A stretch of 64,000 bases of DNA, from the NCBI GenBank assembly GCA_942491865.1, contig CALOCI010000004.1, positions 789,713-853,712 on the forward strand. Direction: 5' to 3'. Shown piece by piece: positions 27,505-36,871 of this stretch. The notes beneath the pieces were generated by a model. The model was not told where the DNA came from and ran no database searches. It worked only from the letters and a program-made list of their open reading frames with translations. This stretch comes from an uncultured Thermodesulfobacteriota bacterium (GTDB taxonomy: Bacteria; Desulfobacterota_D; UBA1144; Nemesobacterales; UBA2774). The stretch's first letter is position 1; the number at the start of each line of letters is the position of its first letter. The position numbers and the translations under genes are program-made.

Positions 27505-28200
27505 CTAATTCCTTTCTCCAAATATTGCCGATCCTACCCTTATTATTGTAGCACCTTCCTCAATTGCCACCTCAAAATCTCCACTCATTCCCATAGACAG
27601 TTCTTTTAGTTTCGGAAATGAAGGCAATAACTCATCTCTAATTTCTCTTAATCGAATAAAATACGGCCTGGCCATTTCAAGATTATCAAAATAAGGAGGC
27701 ATTGTCATTAGCCCCTGAACTTCTATAGAAGATAAATTGCTTAATTCGTTTAAGAAGATCTCCAATCGCTCAGGGATGATCCCACCCTTTGACTCTTCAC
27801 CACTAGTATCAACTTCTATAAGTACTGGAACTAGGATTTCTAAGCTTCCTGCCCTTTTGTTAATTTCCTTAGCCACTGATACAGAGTCAAGAGAATGAAT
27901 TAACTCAACTTTGCCTACTATATATTTTACTTTGTTTTTTTGTAACTGGCCTATAAAATGCCACTCTATTTCTTTATCTACTTGTTCATTCAGAACTTTA
28001 AACTTATCGCGGAACTCCTGAGCATAATTCTCGCCAAAGCTATTAATTCCGTGCTCAAGAGCTTTTAAGATACGCTCTGGCTCAACCCTTTTTGTAACTG
28101 CAACGAGTCTAATATCGTGCGGATCTCGTCCAGCCCTTTCTGCAGCTTCTTTTGTTCTCTGAATAACATTCTTTAAATTGCTTTCTAAATCCATCGCCAC
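27505..28200 (-). CDS. yggS: YggS-family PLP-binding homeostasis protein
   Basis: 'LVAVTKRV', 'FGENYAQE', 'WHFIGQLQKNKVKY' and 'LSMGMSGD' motifs. GTG at 28200, or ATG at 28194. Confidence 0.9.
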   Translation of the reverse strand: MAMDLESNLKNVIQRTKEAAERAGRDPHDIRLVAVTKRVEPERILKALEHGINSFGENYAQEFRDKFKVLNEQVDKEIEWHFIGQLQKNKVKYIVGKVELIHSLDSVSVAKEINKRAGSLEILVPVLIEVDTSGEESKGGIIPERLEIFLNELSNLSSIEVQGLMTMPPYFDNLEMARPYFIRLREIRDELLPSFPKLKELSMGMSGDFEVAIEEGATIIRVGSAIFGERN

Positions 28201-28784
28201 TAAAAAAGCTTAAGAGCCCCGAGTTTTTTTAAAGCTTCTGTTACCTCAACAAGAGGAAGCCCAACCACATTCGTATAAGAGCCTCTGACTTCCTTAACCA
28301 TAAATGCACCAACGCCTTGAATGCCGTAAGCACCTGCTTTATCCATTGGCTCTCCGGTTTTAATGTAACCTTCTATCTCCTGCGGTTCAAGAGTTTTAAC
28401 AATCACCTCGGTACCCACAATATGTGTGTGGAGTATTTCATGCTCACCTTTGGTTATTGAAAATGCAGTTAGCACGTAATGTGCTCTACCAGAGATTTTG
28501 CTCAGCATTATCTTTGCATCTTCTTCATCTTTGGGCTTGCCTAGAATTTTATTATCTACAACAACTATAGTATCAGCCCCGATTACTAATGTATTCCCAT
28601 CTAGATTACAGGAAACTGATAGTGCCTTATCAGATGACAACCTAAGGACATAATTCTCAGGACTCTCTTTCTCTAAAAAAGATTCATCCGATGTTGGGGC
28701 TATTATTTCAAATTGTATACCGATACTCTCTAAAAGCTCTTTTCTTCTAGGAGAAGTGGAAGCTAATATGATTTTATGATTCAT
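28200..28784 (-). CDS. maf: Maf-like nucleoside triphosphate pyrophosphatase
   Basis: 'IILASTSPRRKELL', 'GADTIVV' and 'DKAGAYGIQG'. Start moved to the internal ATG that gives the canonical N-terminus. Confidence 0.88.
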   Translation of the reverse strand: MNHKIILASTSPRRKELLESIGIQFEIIAPTSDESFLEKESPENYVLRLSSDKALSVSCNLDGNTLVIGADTIVVVDNKILGKPKDEEDAKIMLSKISGRAHYVLTAFSITKGEHEILHTHIVGTEVIVKTLEPQEIEGYIKTGEPMDKAGAYGIQGVGAFMVKEVRGSYTNVVGLPLVEVTEALKKLGALKLF

Positions 28785-28859
28785 AATAAATTTGTCAGTC
28801 CTCAACATAAATTCTATTGTGATTTAGTTAAAATAGATTACTCACAATCAGGAAGGAAG

Positions 28860-28886
28860 AAAGCCCCAATTTTACTAAGGGGCTTT
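28860..28886 (-). terminator. Terminator hairpin downstream of the 28908..30899 gene
   Basis: AAAGCCCC (28860-28867) pairs with GGGGCTTT (28879-28886). The minus-strand flank is T/C-rich. Confidence 0.55.
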
Positions 28887-28907
28887 CTCTTATTTTAAAT
28901 TAGTTAG

Positions 28908-30899
28908 TTATATTCTAGGTGATGCTTTTACTCTGCGAATAGCAATAAAGCCGAGAAGCCCCAAGAATCCTGCCATAATAATTAATCCAAACTCTGACAT
29001 TGCCGGTACATCCACTGGCGGCTCAGTTGTCAGCGCCTCGCATAGAGGTTGATCCTCACATGTCGTGCCTAGCCCTAAGAATTCGAATTCTGAAGCGCAC
29101 CGGCCTTCAAATTCAAGACTACAAACACCCTGTGATTCCACACAACATCCCATTGTTGGTGGCGGTGGATCTGTTGGTCCTGGTGTCGGTGGAGGATCCG
29201 TAGGTGGTGGTGGATCACATAAAGTTTCACCTGCACAAGATATCCCATCTCCTAAAAATTGTAGATTAGGAGGAACCGCGCAGGCACCTTCTAGTTCTAA
29301 ACTACAAACCCCCTGAGATGCTACACAACATCCAGGTGGTGCTGGAGTTGGTGGTGGGTCTGTTGGTGGTGGTGTGCATAAAGGTTGTGCCGTACATGAT
29401 GTACCTTCACCTAAGAAACTTAAGTTTGGCGGTACTGGGCATGCAGTTTCTAAGTCAACACTACAAACACCCTGTGATGCCACGCAACAACCTGGTTCCG
29501 GAGGTGGTTCACACAATGGCTCTGCTGTGCATGATGTGCCTTCTCCTAAAAATTGTAGGTTTGGTGGCACTGAACATGCTGTTTCTAATTCTACACTACA
29601 GATACCTTGTGATTCTACACAACATCCTGGTTCCGGTGGCGGGTCGCATAAAGGCTCTCCCGTGCAAGTTGTACCCTCACCCAAGAAACTCAAGTTAGGC
29701 GGTACGGAACAGGCCGTTTCGAGATCAATACTACAAACACCTTGTGATGCTACGCAACACCCTGGTTCTGGTGGAGGAATAAAAGATGGAATATATGGCA
29801 GAGGTAGTCTAAAAGCTGATAAGTTTGCCATATCCAATCCCTCTAAACACAATTCATATCTGCCCGCTGGAGCTGGTGAGCCTGTTGTATGATCAACCAA
29901 TGTAGGATCAGTCTCAATTGATGAAATTACAAACCGTTCCCATTCCTGATTACCAGATGGATTTACATTTTCAAACATACGGCCGTCGGGGAAAGTCAGC
30001 GTGTATCTAACCGCAGGACTTCTAATAAAAAAGTTATTAAAGTCTCCTGGACCAGAAATACTTCTATCATCATCTGGTTGTGAATCATTAGCCCCCTCAT
30101 TTAAGGCATCAGAGCCAGGCAAAACAAAACTAGGCACTGAATTAGGACTATTAAGATCGTCAGTATCAAGATCTGTACCGTCAGCATTTCCATGATCAAG
30201 ATCAGCATCCCAAATTTCCAATTCAGGTAATGGATCTGGGAGCATAAAATTTACACAAAAATTGCCGTCATAAGTTGTAACAGCATAATCTGATGGCTGA
30301 ATTCCATCAGCTGTATTAAGGTTTGGATAAATGGTCACTCCGTCTTCATCAGACGCAAAATTGGCAACAATACCAAATTGTTCATCCAAGCTCAATAGTT
30401 CAGAAGACCTTACTTTGAATAGATTTAGAGTATTAACATCATCTAGAAGTGTTATTTGTAATGTATAAACAAAATTCCCATTACCATCGAGTGCCGAAGG
30501 ATCAGTATTAATTGTAAAATCCATCCAATCATTACTAGGCAAACTTGTTGCCATAGTCTGAGAAGCAATCGGACCGGTATTATCTAGATCAGGATCGATA
30601 AATAGAACATATGAAAATTGCGAGGGAGAACCCAAGTCCCAATGTCCGGTAGGTATAGCTCCAGGAGAATCACCGTCAAAAATTCCATAAGAAAACTGAG
30701 CGGTACCTGGTGGAACAATGATTTGTATATTCATGACTCCAGGAGTAAAAGTCTCAAAACTACCTTCGCTTATAGCTAAAAATCGGCCATCATCGATTTC
30801 ACATGTAGGTAAACAATAAGGACTTTGTGCATGTGTAACGGATGGAACAATAACCAACATCAAAATCATTAAAACCGTGCATACTAGAAAGTTTTTCAA
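28908..30899 (-). CDS. Large secreted acidic protein: unknown N-terminal domain, five six-Cys tandem modules with Pro-rich linkers, and an IPTL-CTERM-like anchor
   Basis: Signal peptide 'LMLVIVPSVTHAQ'. Repeats of 'GCCVxSQGxCSxxLExxCxxPPNLxFLGxGTxCxxxPLC'. C-terminus 'VPAMSEFGLIIMAGFLGLLGFIAIRRVK'. Confidence 0.7.
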   Translation of the reverse strand: MKNFLVCTVLMILMLVIVPSVTHAQSPYCLPTCEIDDGRFLAISEGSFETFTPGVMNIQIIVPPGTAQFSYGIFDGDSPGAIPTGHWDLGSPSQFSYVLFIDPDLDNTGPIASQTMATSLPSNDWMDFTINTDPSALDGNGNFVYTLQITLLDDVNTLNLFKVRSSELLSLDEQFGIVANFASDEDGVTIYPNLNTADGIQPSDYAVTTYDGNFCVNFMLPDPLPELEIWDADLDHGNADGTDLDTDDLNSPNSVPSFVLPGSDALNEGANDSQPDDDRSISGPGDFNNFFIRSPAVRYTLTFPDGRMFENVNPSGNQEWERFVISSIETDPTLVDHTTGSPAPAGRYELCLEGLDMANLSAFRLPLPYIPSFIPPPEPGCCVASQGVCSIDLETACSVPPNLSFLGEGTTCTGEPLCDPPPEPGCCVESQGICSVELETACSVPPNLQFLGEGTSCTAEPLCEPPPEPGCCVASQGVCSVDLETACPVPPNLSFLGEGTSCTAQPLCTPPPTDPPPTPAPPGCCVASQGVCSLELEGACAVPPNLQFLGDGISCAGETLCDPPPPTDPPPTPGPTDPPPPTMGCCVESQGVCSLEFEGRCASEFEFLGLGTTCEDQPLCEALTTEPPVDVPAMSEFGLIIMAGFLGLLGFIAIRRVKASPRI
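29040..29777 (-). repeat. In-frame coding tandem repeat: five copies of a module of about 38-44 codons. The first three have a 45-codon (135-bp) period.
   Basis: Encodes aa 375-620 of the 663-aa protein. Visibly more GC-rich than its surroundings. Copies differ at many synonymous positions. Confidence 0.8.
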
Positions 30900-31065
30900 A
30901 ATTATTCCCCCATCAAAATATACAACTAAAGTTTTAGAATAAACTACATAATAAGTTTATAGGTGATTTAACAAAGTGGCAAACGAAACTAAATACTAAT
31001 ATAATTTACAAAGATATTTTGATTTGACTAAAGATAGGCAAGATTGATTGTTGGAAAAGAAAGAT

Positions 31066-32382
31066 CTATTTCTTTTCAGGCTTTTTTGGCGTCTGAACTA
31101 TTGGCCATATTCCTGTTTGAGGGGGCTTGGACTCTTTAGGAAGATAATCGTCCGGGATATTTGGCTGATTGCCGTCACGGTACATCGTGATACTAGGAGA
31201 AGCAATTTCAACTCCTGCTTCATTAAACTTATCCTGAATATTTCGGTGAAGTTCATTGTACGTCCTGGACATTATTCTAGGTAATTTGGTGTAGGCATTA
31301 ATTTCATATTCGACATAATAATCATTTAGTGCTGTTTGTAATACAAATGGCTCAGGCTCTTTTTCTAAACCCTCAGTGGCGTATGCTGCTGCTTTAAGTA
31401 AATCATGCACCTCTTTCCAAGGAACATCATATCCAATTGTAACTTTCGAATGCAGCACAAGCCCCTCATTCTCTGCAAGTGCACTGTAATTTATGATATG
31501 GTCATTTAAGACCATTGCATTTGGGACTGTAATTTCAACATTCTTTACTGTTCTTATTCGTGTAACAAACATTGTTTTTTCAACTATATCACCATTTGTA
31601 TCAGCTATTTGAACTGTGTCGCCAATTTTAAATGCCCTCATGTATGTAAGAACTATTCCAGCTACTACATTTGAAACAGCACCTGTTGATCCTAAGGAGA
31701 TTAGAACGCCGAAGAAAATTGAAACTGCTTGAAATGCTGGGGAATCTTTTCCGGGTAGATAGGGAAAAGCTACGATAATCAAGAAAGCTATGACTAAAAA
31801 ACGGGAAATAGCGAATGTTGGTGATGCCCATTCTGGATAAAAACCTGATAATGATATTCTGCCCTCTTCAACACCCCTGAAAAAGAGACGCATTAACTTG
31901 ATTAGATAAAATCCAAAAGCAAATATTACAAATAAGGTCAGTAAATTTGGAATGTAGTCCCATACAGCAGTTAAAACAAATCCTACCGCATCTATGAAAT
32001 AATCAAATAGTTTTGCAGATACTCCTCTTGTTTTAGGGAAGAAACTAAAGATTGTATTTATATAAAGATAAAATATTATCAGATAGGCAAAGTAGCGAAA
32101 CCAGCGGAATAACTTACTAATCCCCCAAGCAATTTGGGGACCCGTAAGTATTTCTTGATTTTGGAATCTAAGACTTCTTATCTTTTGAAAATGAAGAGAT
32201 AAAACTTTCTTCTCTAGAAATCTAGTAATTCCTCTAACCAAAATAAAAATTATAGCTGCCAAAAATGTAGCTATGACAGCAGTTATTAATATAGATAGCA
32301 AACTGTTGGCTTCTACATTTGGAAGCAGTTTTTTTAATAAATTGAAGAGAACTTCATTAATAGCATCTAAACGTTCTTTCAT
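31066..32382 (-). CDS. Mechanosensitive ion channel, MscS family
   Basis: N-terminal TM helices followed by 'FKIGDTVQI...GDIVEKTMFVTRIRT..NVEITVPN'. Confidence 0.85.
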   Translation of the reverse strand: MKERLDAINEVLFNLLKKLLPNVEANSLLSILITAVIATFLAAIIFILVRGITRFLEKKVLSLHFQKIRSLRFQNQEILTGPQIAWGISKLFRWFRYFAYLIIFYLYINTIFSFFPKTRGVSAKLFDYFIDAVGFVLTAVWDYIPNLLTLFVIFAFGFYLIKLMRLFFRGVEEGRISLSGFYPEWASPTFAISRFLVIAFLIIVAFPYLPGKDSPAFQAVSIFFGVLISLGSTGAVSNVVAGIVLTYMRAFKIGDTVQIADTNGDIVEKTMFVTRIRTVKNVEITVPNAMVLNDHIINYSALAENEGLVLHSKVTIGYDVPWKEVHDLLKAAAYATEGLEKEPEPFVLQTALNDYYVEYEINAYTKLPRIMSRTYNELHRNIQDKFNEAGVEIASPSITMYRDGNQPNIPDDYLPKESKPPQTGIWPIVQTPKKPEKK

Positions 32383-32429
32383 ATCTATCAGACTTAACTT
32401 TATTTAATCTAAATATGTTTTTATTCAGC

Positions 32430-33008
32430 TTATTTAGGGTTATTTAACTCATCATCTATCCAGACTTTGGAAGCCCCTATAGTAGCTCTGAGTGCAATAC
32501 CGTCTTTGGTCATTTGGAAAACTACAACTTCAGAATCAAGTGGCACCTCAGCGCTTGTAGCACCGCCGTCCTCTTTATATTTAGCAGCAGCATCACCTTG
32601 TGCCCCGTAGCTCCAGCCCTCTGTGACGAACTGATTAAATACTGTTTTATTGTTAAACACTATCACTTCTCTGAAGTCTTTTAGAGCAACTCCAAGTCCT
32701 ACACCACCTTCAGCCATCTTCATATATATGTTGTTACCATTTGAATTATCCACTGCAACCCCATATCCATTGCCTGATCCAACAATAAGCAATTGTGTGT
32801 TGAAATTACTAAATACAGCATAACCCGCAGCATTCTGAATTAATTCCTTGGCATATGGTTTTTTTGCATACAATTCGGCCAATGTCTCATTCTTCATCTG
32901 CTGCACGTAATCTCTTTTTTGCGCAGGGGTTTCGCCTTTAGGCCTTGCACATGCAGTGAACATCAATCCGACTATTACTAATGTCAAAATTAAATAAGGG
33001 ATTCTCAT
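32430..33008 (-). CDS. SYLF (YSC84-like/DUF500) domain lipoprotein
   Basis: Lipobox 'MFTAC'. 'GSGNGYGVAV' and 'GGVGLGVAL' repeats. Confidence 0.7.
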   Translation of the reverse strand: MRIPYLILTLVIVGLMFTACARPKGETPAQKRDYVQQMKNETLAELYAKKPYAKELIQNAAGYAVFSNFNTQLLIVGSGNGYGVAVDNSNGNNIYMKMAEGGVGLGVALKDFREVIVFNNKTVFNQFVTEGWSYGAQGDAAAKYKEDGGATSAEVPLDSEVVVFQMTKDGIALRATIGASKVWIDDELNNPK

Positions 33009-33143
33009 AGTATCCTCCGAAACGTATTCTTAGTTTTTGGTTTAGTATTGATACAACCGCCTGATCTTGAGTATATCAAAAACAAAGCAATAGAGCGAAT
33101 TAAAATTAAAATTTTTATCTGGAGAGGTAGATGGCAAGAACTG

Positions 33144-33173
33144 TTGACTTTAATTTATGATAAAGCTTATAAT
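33144..33173 (+). promoter_or_regulatory. Candidate promoter: TTGACT, 18-bp spacer, TATAAT, for the sugar porter/oprB pair
   Basis: TTGACT at 33144-33149 and TATAAT at 33168-33173, about 20 nt before the first ATG. Confidence 0.4.
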
Positions 33174-33190
33174 GAGAACTTAAGTAGAGG

Positions 33191-34585
33191 ATGAGTAAAT
33201 TAATGCCTAATCAAAACAGTCAACCGATTCAAAAAATAAATACCATTGTCATATTTGCTTCCGTAATTGCCGCGCTTGCAGGCCTTCTGGCAGGATTTGA
33301 TACTGGAGTTATCAGCGGCGCGCTGGAATTTATCGCTAAGGCCTTCCACCTTACAACCATCGGAAAAGAGACCATTGTCTCTATGGTGCTAGTGGGTGGA
33401 GTTATAGGCGCACTGATCAACGGTATTCTTGCCGACAAACTAGGTCGAAAGAGAATGGTAGTGCTGGCAGCCATGCTTTATATCGTAGGATCTGTTGCAT
33501 CTGCATTATCGCCAACAGCCCTATTTCTAGAGATATCAAGATTTGTTTTAGGTTTAGCAATTGGCGGAGCCTCGGCATCTGCACCCTTATATATAGCAGA
33601 AGTATCCCCCGCAAGAATAAGAGGGAGTTTGGTTACCCTCTTTCAGCTAGCAATTACAATTGGTATTTTAGGAGCCTACTTTGTAGATTTAGCTTTTACG
33701 GCTTCCGGTAACTGGAGATTCATGCTCGGGAGCAGCTTCATACCTGCCGTAATTTTACTTATCGGGATGTTTGGTCTTCCAGATAGTCCTAGGTGGCTAA
33801 TTAAAAAAGGCAGAATCGATGAAGCTAAAAATATACTAAATAAAATTTATGAAGGTGAAGAACAACAAGTAAGTAAAGAGATCGAGGAGATTCAAACTGT
33901 AATATCTACTGAATCAGCAGGTAGTTTTTCTGCTCTTTTCAAACCCCCTGCCAGTTTTGCCCTAATAATAGCTGTAGGACTCTTTATAATTCAGCAATTC
34001 GTTGGCATAAACACGGTTATCTACTACGCCCCTATTATATTTAATGATGCTGGGATGGAATCGTCTAAAGCTGCAATCTGGGCAACAGTAAGCGTTGGAG
34101 TTGTAAATGTTCTTGCAACGTTCATAGCGATCTGGCTTATTGATAAAGTCGGGCGAAAACCGCTTATGTACGCAGGATTAATTGGAATGGTTTTAGCCTT
34201 AACTGGGCTTGGTATTGCTTTTAAGATACTAGGCAGCAATTCCGGTAGTGAAATTGGTACAGTTACAGTAATTGCCGTATGGATTTACATAGCATGCTTT
34301 GCTTTTTCATTTGGTCCAATACCTTGGCTTATGATGACCGAGATCTTTCCTCTTCAGCTACGCGGTAGAGCCGTTAGTGTGGCCACTATGACAAGCTGGG
34401 GCGGAAACTTGATCGTATCATTCACATTCTTATCCCTTCTCAATGCAATAGGTCCTTCTTACACATTTTGGATATATGCATTAGTTGGAATATTAGGTTT
34501 GGTTTTTGTATGGAAACTAGTTCCTGAAACTAAAGGCAGAACTTTGGAAGAAATAGAAGAGGAATTTTTAAAGAAAGGATATTAA
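33191..34585 (+). CDS. MFS sugar porter family transporter (sugar:H+ symporter)
   Basis: 'GFDTGVISGA', 'LGRKR', 'PDSPRWL', 'PETKGRTLEEIE'. 12-TM pattern. Confidence 0.88.
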   Translation: MSKLMPNQNSQPIQKINTIVIFASVIAALAGLLAGFDTGVISGALEFIAKAFHLTTIGKETIVSMVLVGGVIGALINGILADKLGRKRMVVLAAMLYIVGSVASALSPTALFLEISRFVLGLAIGGASASAPLYIAEVSPARIRGSLVTLFQLAITIGILGAYFVDLAFTASGNWRFMLGSSFIPAVILLIGMFGLPDSPRWLIKKGRIDEAKNILNKIYEGEEQQVSKEIEEIQTVISTESAGSFSALFKPPASFALIIAVGLFIIQQFVGINTVIYYAPIIFNDAGMESSKAAIWATVSVGVVNVLATFIAIWLIDKVGRKPLMYAGLIGMVLALTGLGIAFKILGSNSGSEIGTVTVIAVWIYIACFAFSFGPIPWLMMTEIFPLQLRGRAVSVATMTSWGGNLIVSFTFLSLLNAIGPSYTFWIYALVGILGLVFVWKLVPETKGRTLEEIEEEFLKKGY

Positions 34586-36045
34586 TGGGAACAATAAAGT
34601 TTATTAGTTTTATATCCAGCTTAGTATTGATCATACTCCTCTCATCTTTGGGAACAGCCTATCCTCAGTTTGAAGAAGACATACCTGTTGCTGCGGGATT
34701 AGACCCTAATTACGTAAAATACACAGATTCAGTACCCTACTTTTTTAGAGATATGTTGCCAAATTTGGTTTTCTTGCTTGAAAACTACCCATCCGTTAGA
34801 GAATTTGATCAAACATTTATTAAAAATGAGGAAACATCCTTACTCAAAAGAAAGTATCTAACAGGTGACTGGGGAGGCATCAGGACAAAGCTCAATGATG
34901 TAGGAATTGTACCCACAATGACTTATGTTGCTGACTTTCAAGGCAATCCTGTAGGCGGCGATAGAAAAGGATTTGCATATTTTCACAATATTGGTCTGGA
35001 CTTGTTAGTTAATACGGAAAAACTCATGGGCTGGAAAGGGGGGCGTATTCACATCTCTGCATCTCAGAGAAGCGGGCGTAGCCTTACAAGAAGAGATATA
35101 GGCAATACTTTTGATGTAGCCCAGCTCTGCTGCGGACGCACATATAAGCTTGTCGATTTAAGCATACAGCAGTCTTTATTTGAAGATAAGTTAAATATCA
35201 GGTTAGGACGCATTGCAGGCGGTGATGAGTTTCTCTCATCCCCACTTTATTGGCTGTTTGTACAAAACGGAATAGATGGAAACCCGGTTGGCATATTTTT
35301 TAATGTTGGATTCTCAGCATACCCAAATGCAACATGGGGAGTTAGAGTTAAAAGTAAGCCAACAAAACAGTCCTATATAATGGCAGGTGTATATAATGCT
35401 AATCCCGATCGTACTAAAAACAAACACCACGGCGCTGACTTTGGTTTTGATGGCCCCTATCTTGTAATAGCTGAGACAGGATATCATCTAAATTCTCTCT
35501 TTGAATCAGGGGGTCTTCCCGGGAACTATAAAATAGGTGGTTATTATCAGAGCGGGGATTTTAACAATTTTGCAGATCCAGACTCTACAAAAAATGGCAA
35601 TTACGGATTTTATATCCTCTTAGACCAAATGGTCTATAGAGAAAAGGGCTCAGAAAAATATCTGCATCAGGGTCTTCACCCATTTGTCTCTCTACTCTTT
35701 GCTCCAGATAGTGAAATAAACACTTTTCCATTTTTTATGAACGGGGGCCTGGTATATAAAGGCCTTATTCCAGGACGTGATAACGATTATGCAGGCTTTG
35801 GGATTGTTTATGGGAAATACAGCAATAAAATTGCCCCAACAAAACGTCAGCCCACAGAATTTAGCCTGGTTTCAGAGATCACCGGTGGGGAAGATTTTGA
35901 AATGGTGCTTGAGTGGATGTATAAAATCCAACTCACTCAGTGGCTCAATATTCAACCCGACATCCAGTATGTAATTAAACCCGGCGGAACAGGCGACATA
36001 CCAAACGCTTTAGTTCTTGGGTTCCAAATGGGAATCAATATATAA
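34585..36045 (+). CDS. oprB: Carbohydrate-selective porin, OprB family
   Basis: Signal peptide. 'LTGDWGGIRTKL', 'QGNPVGG' and a terminal beta-barrel. TAATG overlap with the MFS gene. Confidence 0.8.
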   Translation: MGTIKFISFISSLVLIILLSSLGTAYPQFEEDIPVAAGLDPNYVKYTDSVPYFFRDMLPNLVFLLENYPSVREFDQTFIKNEETSLLKRKYLTGDWGGIRTKLNDVGIVPTMTYVADFQGNPVGGDRKGFAYFHNIGLDLLVNTEKLMGWKGGRIHISASQRSGRSLTRRDIGNTFDVAQLCCGRTYKLVDLSIQQSLFEDKLNIRLGRIAGGDEFLSSPLYWLFVQNGIDGNPVGIFFNVGFSAYPNATWGVRVKSKPTKQSYIMAGVYNANPDRTKNKHHGADFGFDGPYLVIAETGYHLNSLFESGGLPGNYKIGGYYQSGDFNNFADPDSTKNGNYGFYILLDQMVYREKGSEKYLHQGLHPFVSLLFAPDSEINTFPFFMNGGLVYKGLIPGRDNDYAGFGIVYGKYSNKIAPTKRQPTEFSLVSEITGGEDFEMVLEWMYKIQLTQWLNIQPDIQYVIKPGGTGDIPNALVLGFQMGINI

Positions 36046-36047
36046 AT

Positions 36048-36449
36048 TTATGACGCTTCGTCTATCTCTTTAAAAACTTCTTTTGCAAGCCTGAGACCTG
36101 TAAGTGCAGCAGGGAAACCCGCGTAGACAAGAACTTGCATTAGCACTTCAACAATCTCTTCACGAGTACATCCGCAAGTAAGCGCGCCTTTGATATGCAC
36201 TTTTAACTGGTTGGGAGCAGTACCAAGTGTAGCTAATGATGCAACAGCTGTAATTTCACGAGCCCTCATATCAAGCCCCGGACGACATGCTATTTCACCA
36301 AACACAAATTCCATAAGATACTTCACCATATCAGGAGCTATATCATCAAGACTTGCTTTGGTTCTTGCACCAGCACCTGGTGAGATTTCTTCGAGTTTCT
36401 TTAACCCTTGGGTGTATTTATCGTCAGACATATTATTCTCCTTATTCAA
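36048..36449 (-). CDS. Carboxymuconolactone decarboxylase (AhpD-like) family protein
   Basis: 'FVFGEI..RPGLD.R.RE' and 'ALTCGCTREEIVEVLMQ...YAGFPA'. Confidence 0.8.
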   Translation of the reverse strand: MNKENNMSDDKYTQGLKKLEEISPGAGARTKASLDDIAPDMVKYLMEFVFGEIACRPGLDMRAREITAVASLATLGTAPNQLKVHIKGALTCGCTREEIVEVLMQVLVYAGFPAALTGLRLAKEVFKEIDEAS

Positions 36450-36540
36450 ATCTATACGCAGAATTTAGTTTATCTATGATTTAAGTATAATTAGCTTTGC
36501 CTATACTACGGTCTACATTTAATTTTGTAAAGGAGAAATC

Positions 36541-36843
36541 ATGCTGATATTAATTGCCAAATTCAAGTCGAAACCTGGGTGCAGAGAGCAAATGATCGAG
36601 CTGGCTAAGGATGCAATTGAACCATCAAGAGCTGAGGAAGGTTGTATAATTTACGATTTCCTTCAAGACCCGTTCTCTCCAGATTCATTTACGTTTTACG
36701 AAAAGTGGAGGAGTCGTGAAGACCTGGATCTTCATTTTGGAGAGCCTCATTTTAAAGAGTTCGCTGTAAAAGTCCCGGAACTAATAATGGGCGAGCCTAG
36801 CTTAATATCATATGAAATAGAAAGTGAAACTGAAATATCTTAA
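36541..36843 (+). CDS. ABM-domain (antibiotic biosynthesis monooxygenase-like) protein
   Basis: 100 aa with 'EEGCIIYDF', 'FYEKWRSREDLDLH' and 'PHFKEF'. Confidence 0.75.
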   Translation: MLILIAKFKSKPGCREQMIELAKDAIEPSRAEEGCIIYDFLQDPFSPDSFTFYEKWRSREDLDLHFGEPHFKEFAVKVPELIMGEPSLISYEIESETEIS

Positions 36844-36871
36844 TATCATTTAAAAACAAAAGGGAAATTAT

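Noticed and set aside
29040-29777. Regularly spaced repeats of about 135 bp that could be mistaken for a CRISPR-like or satellite array
   Set aside because: The repeats are contiguous with no unique spacers. They are in frame and encode conserved six-Cys modules within one long ORF. No cas genes are present.
29000-29892. Plus-strand ORFs 29000..29203, 29065..29316, 29318..29698 and 29374..29892 (up to 172 aa), antisense to the Cys-rich repeat gene
   Set aside because: They lie wholly inside the tandem-repeat block. Their translations are repetitive mirror images (PSPKN/GGGS strings) and they have no RBS. They stay open only because the GC-rich repeat codons lack antisense stops. The minus-strand gene has a signal peptide, repeats and a sorting tail.
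31057-31080. 9-bp hairpin GAAAAGAAA/TTTCTTTTC spanning the mscS stop codon, considered as a terminator
   Set aside because: No T-tract follows on the minus strand. Half of the stem is coding sequence (the Lys/Glu-rich C-terminus), so it is probably a low-complexity coincidence.
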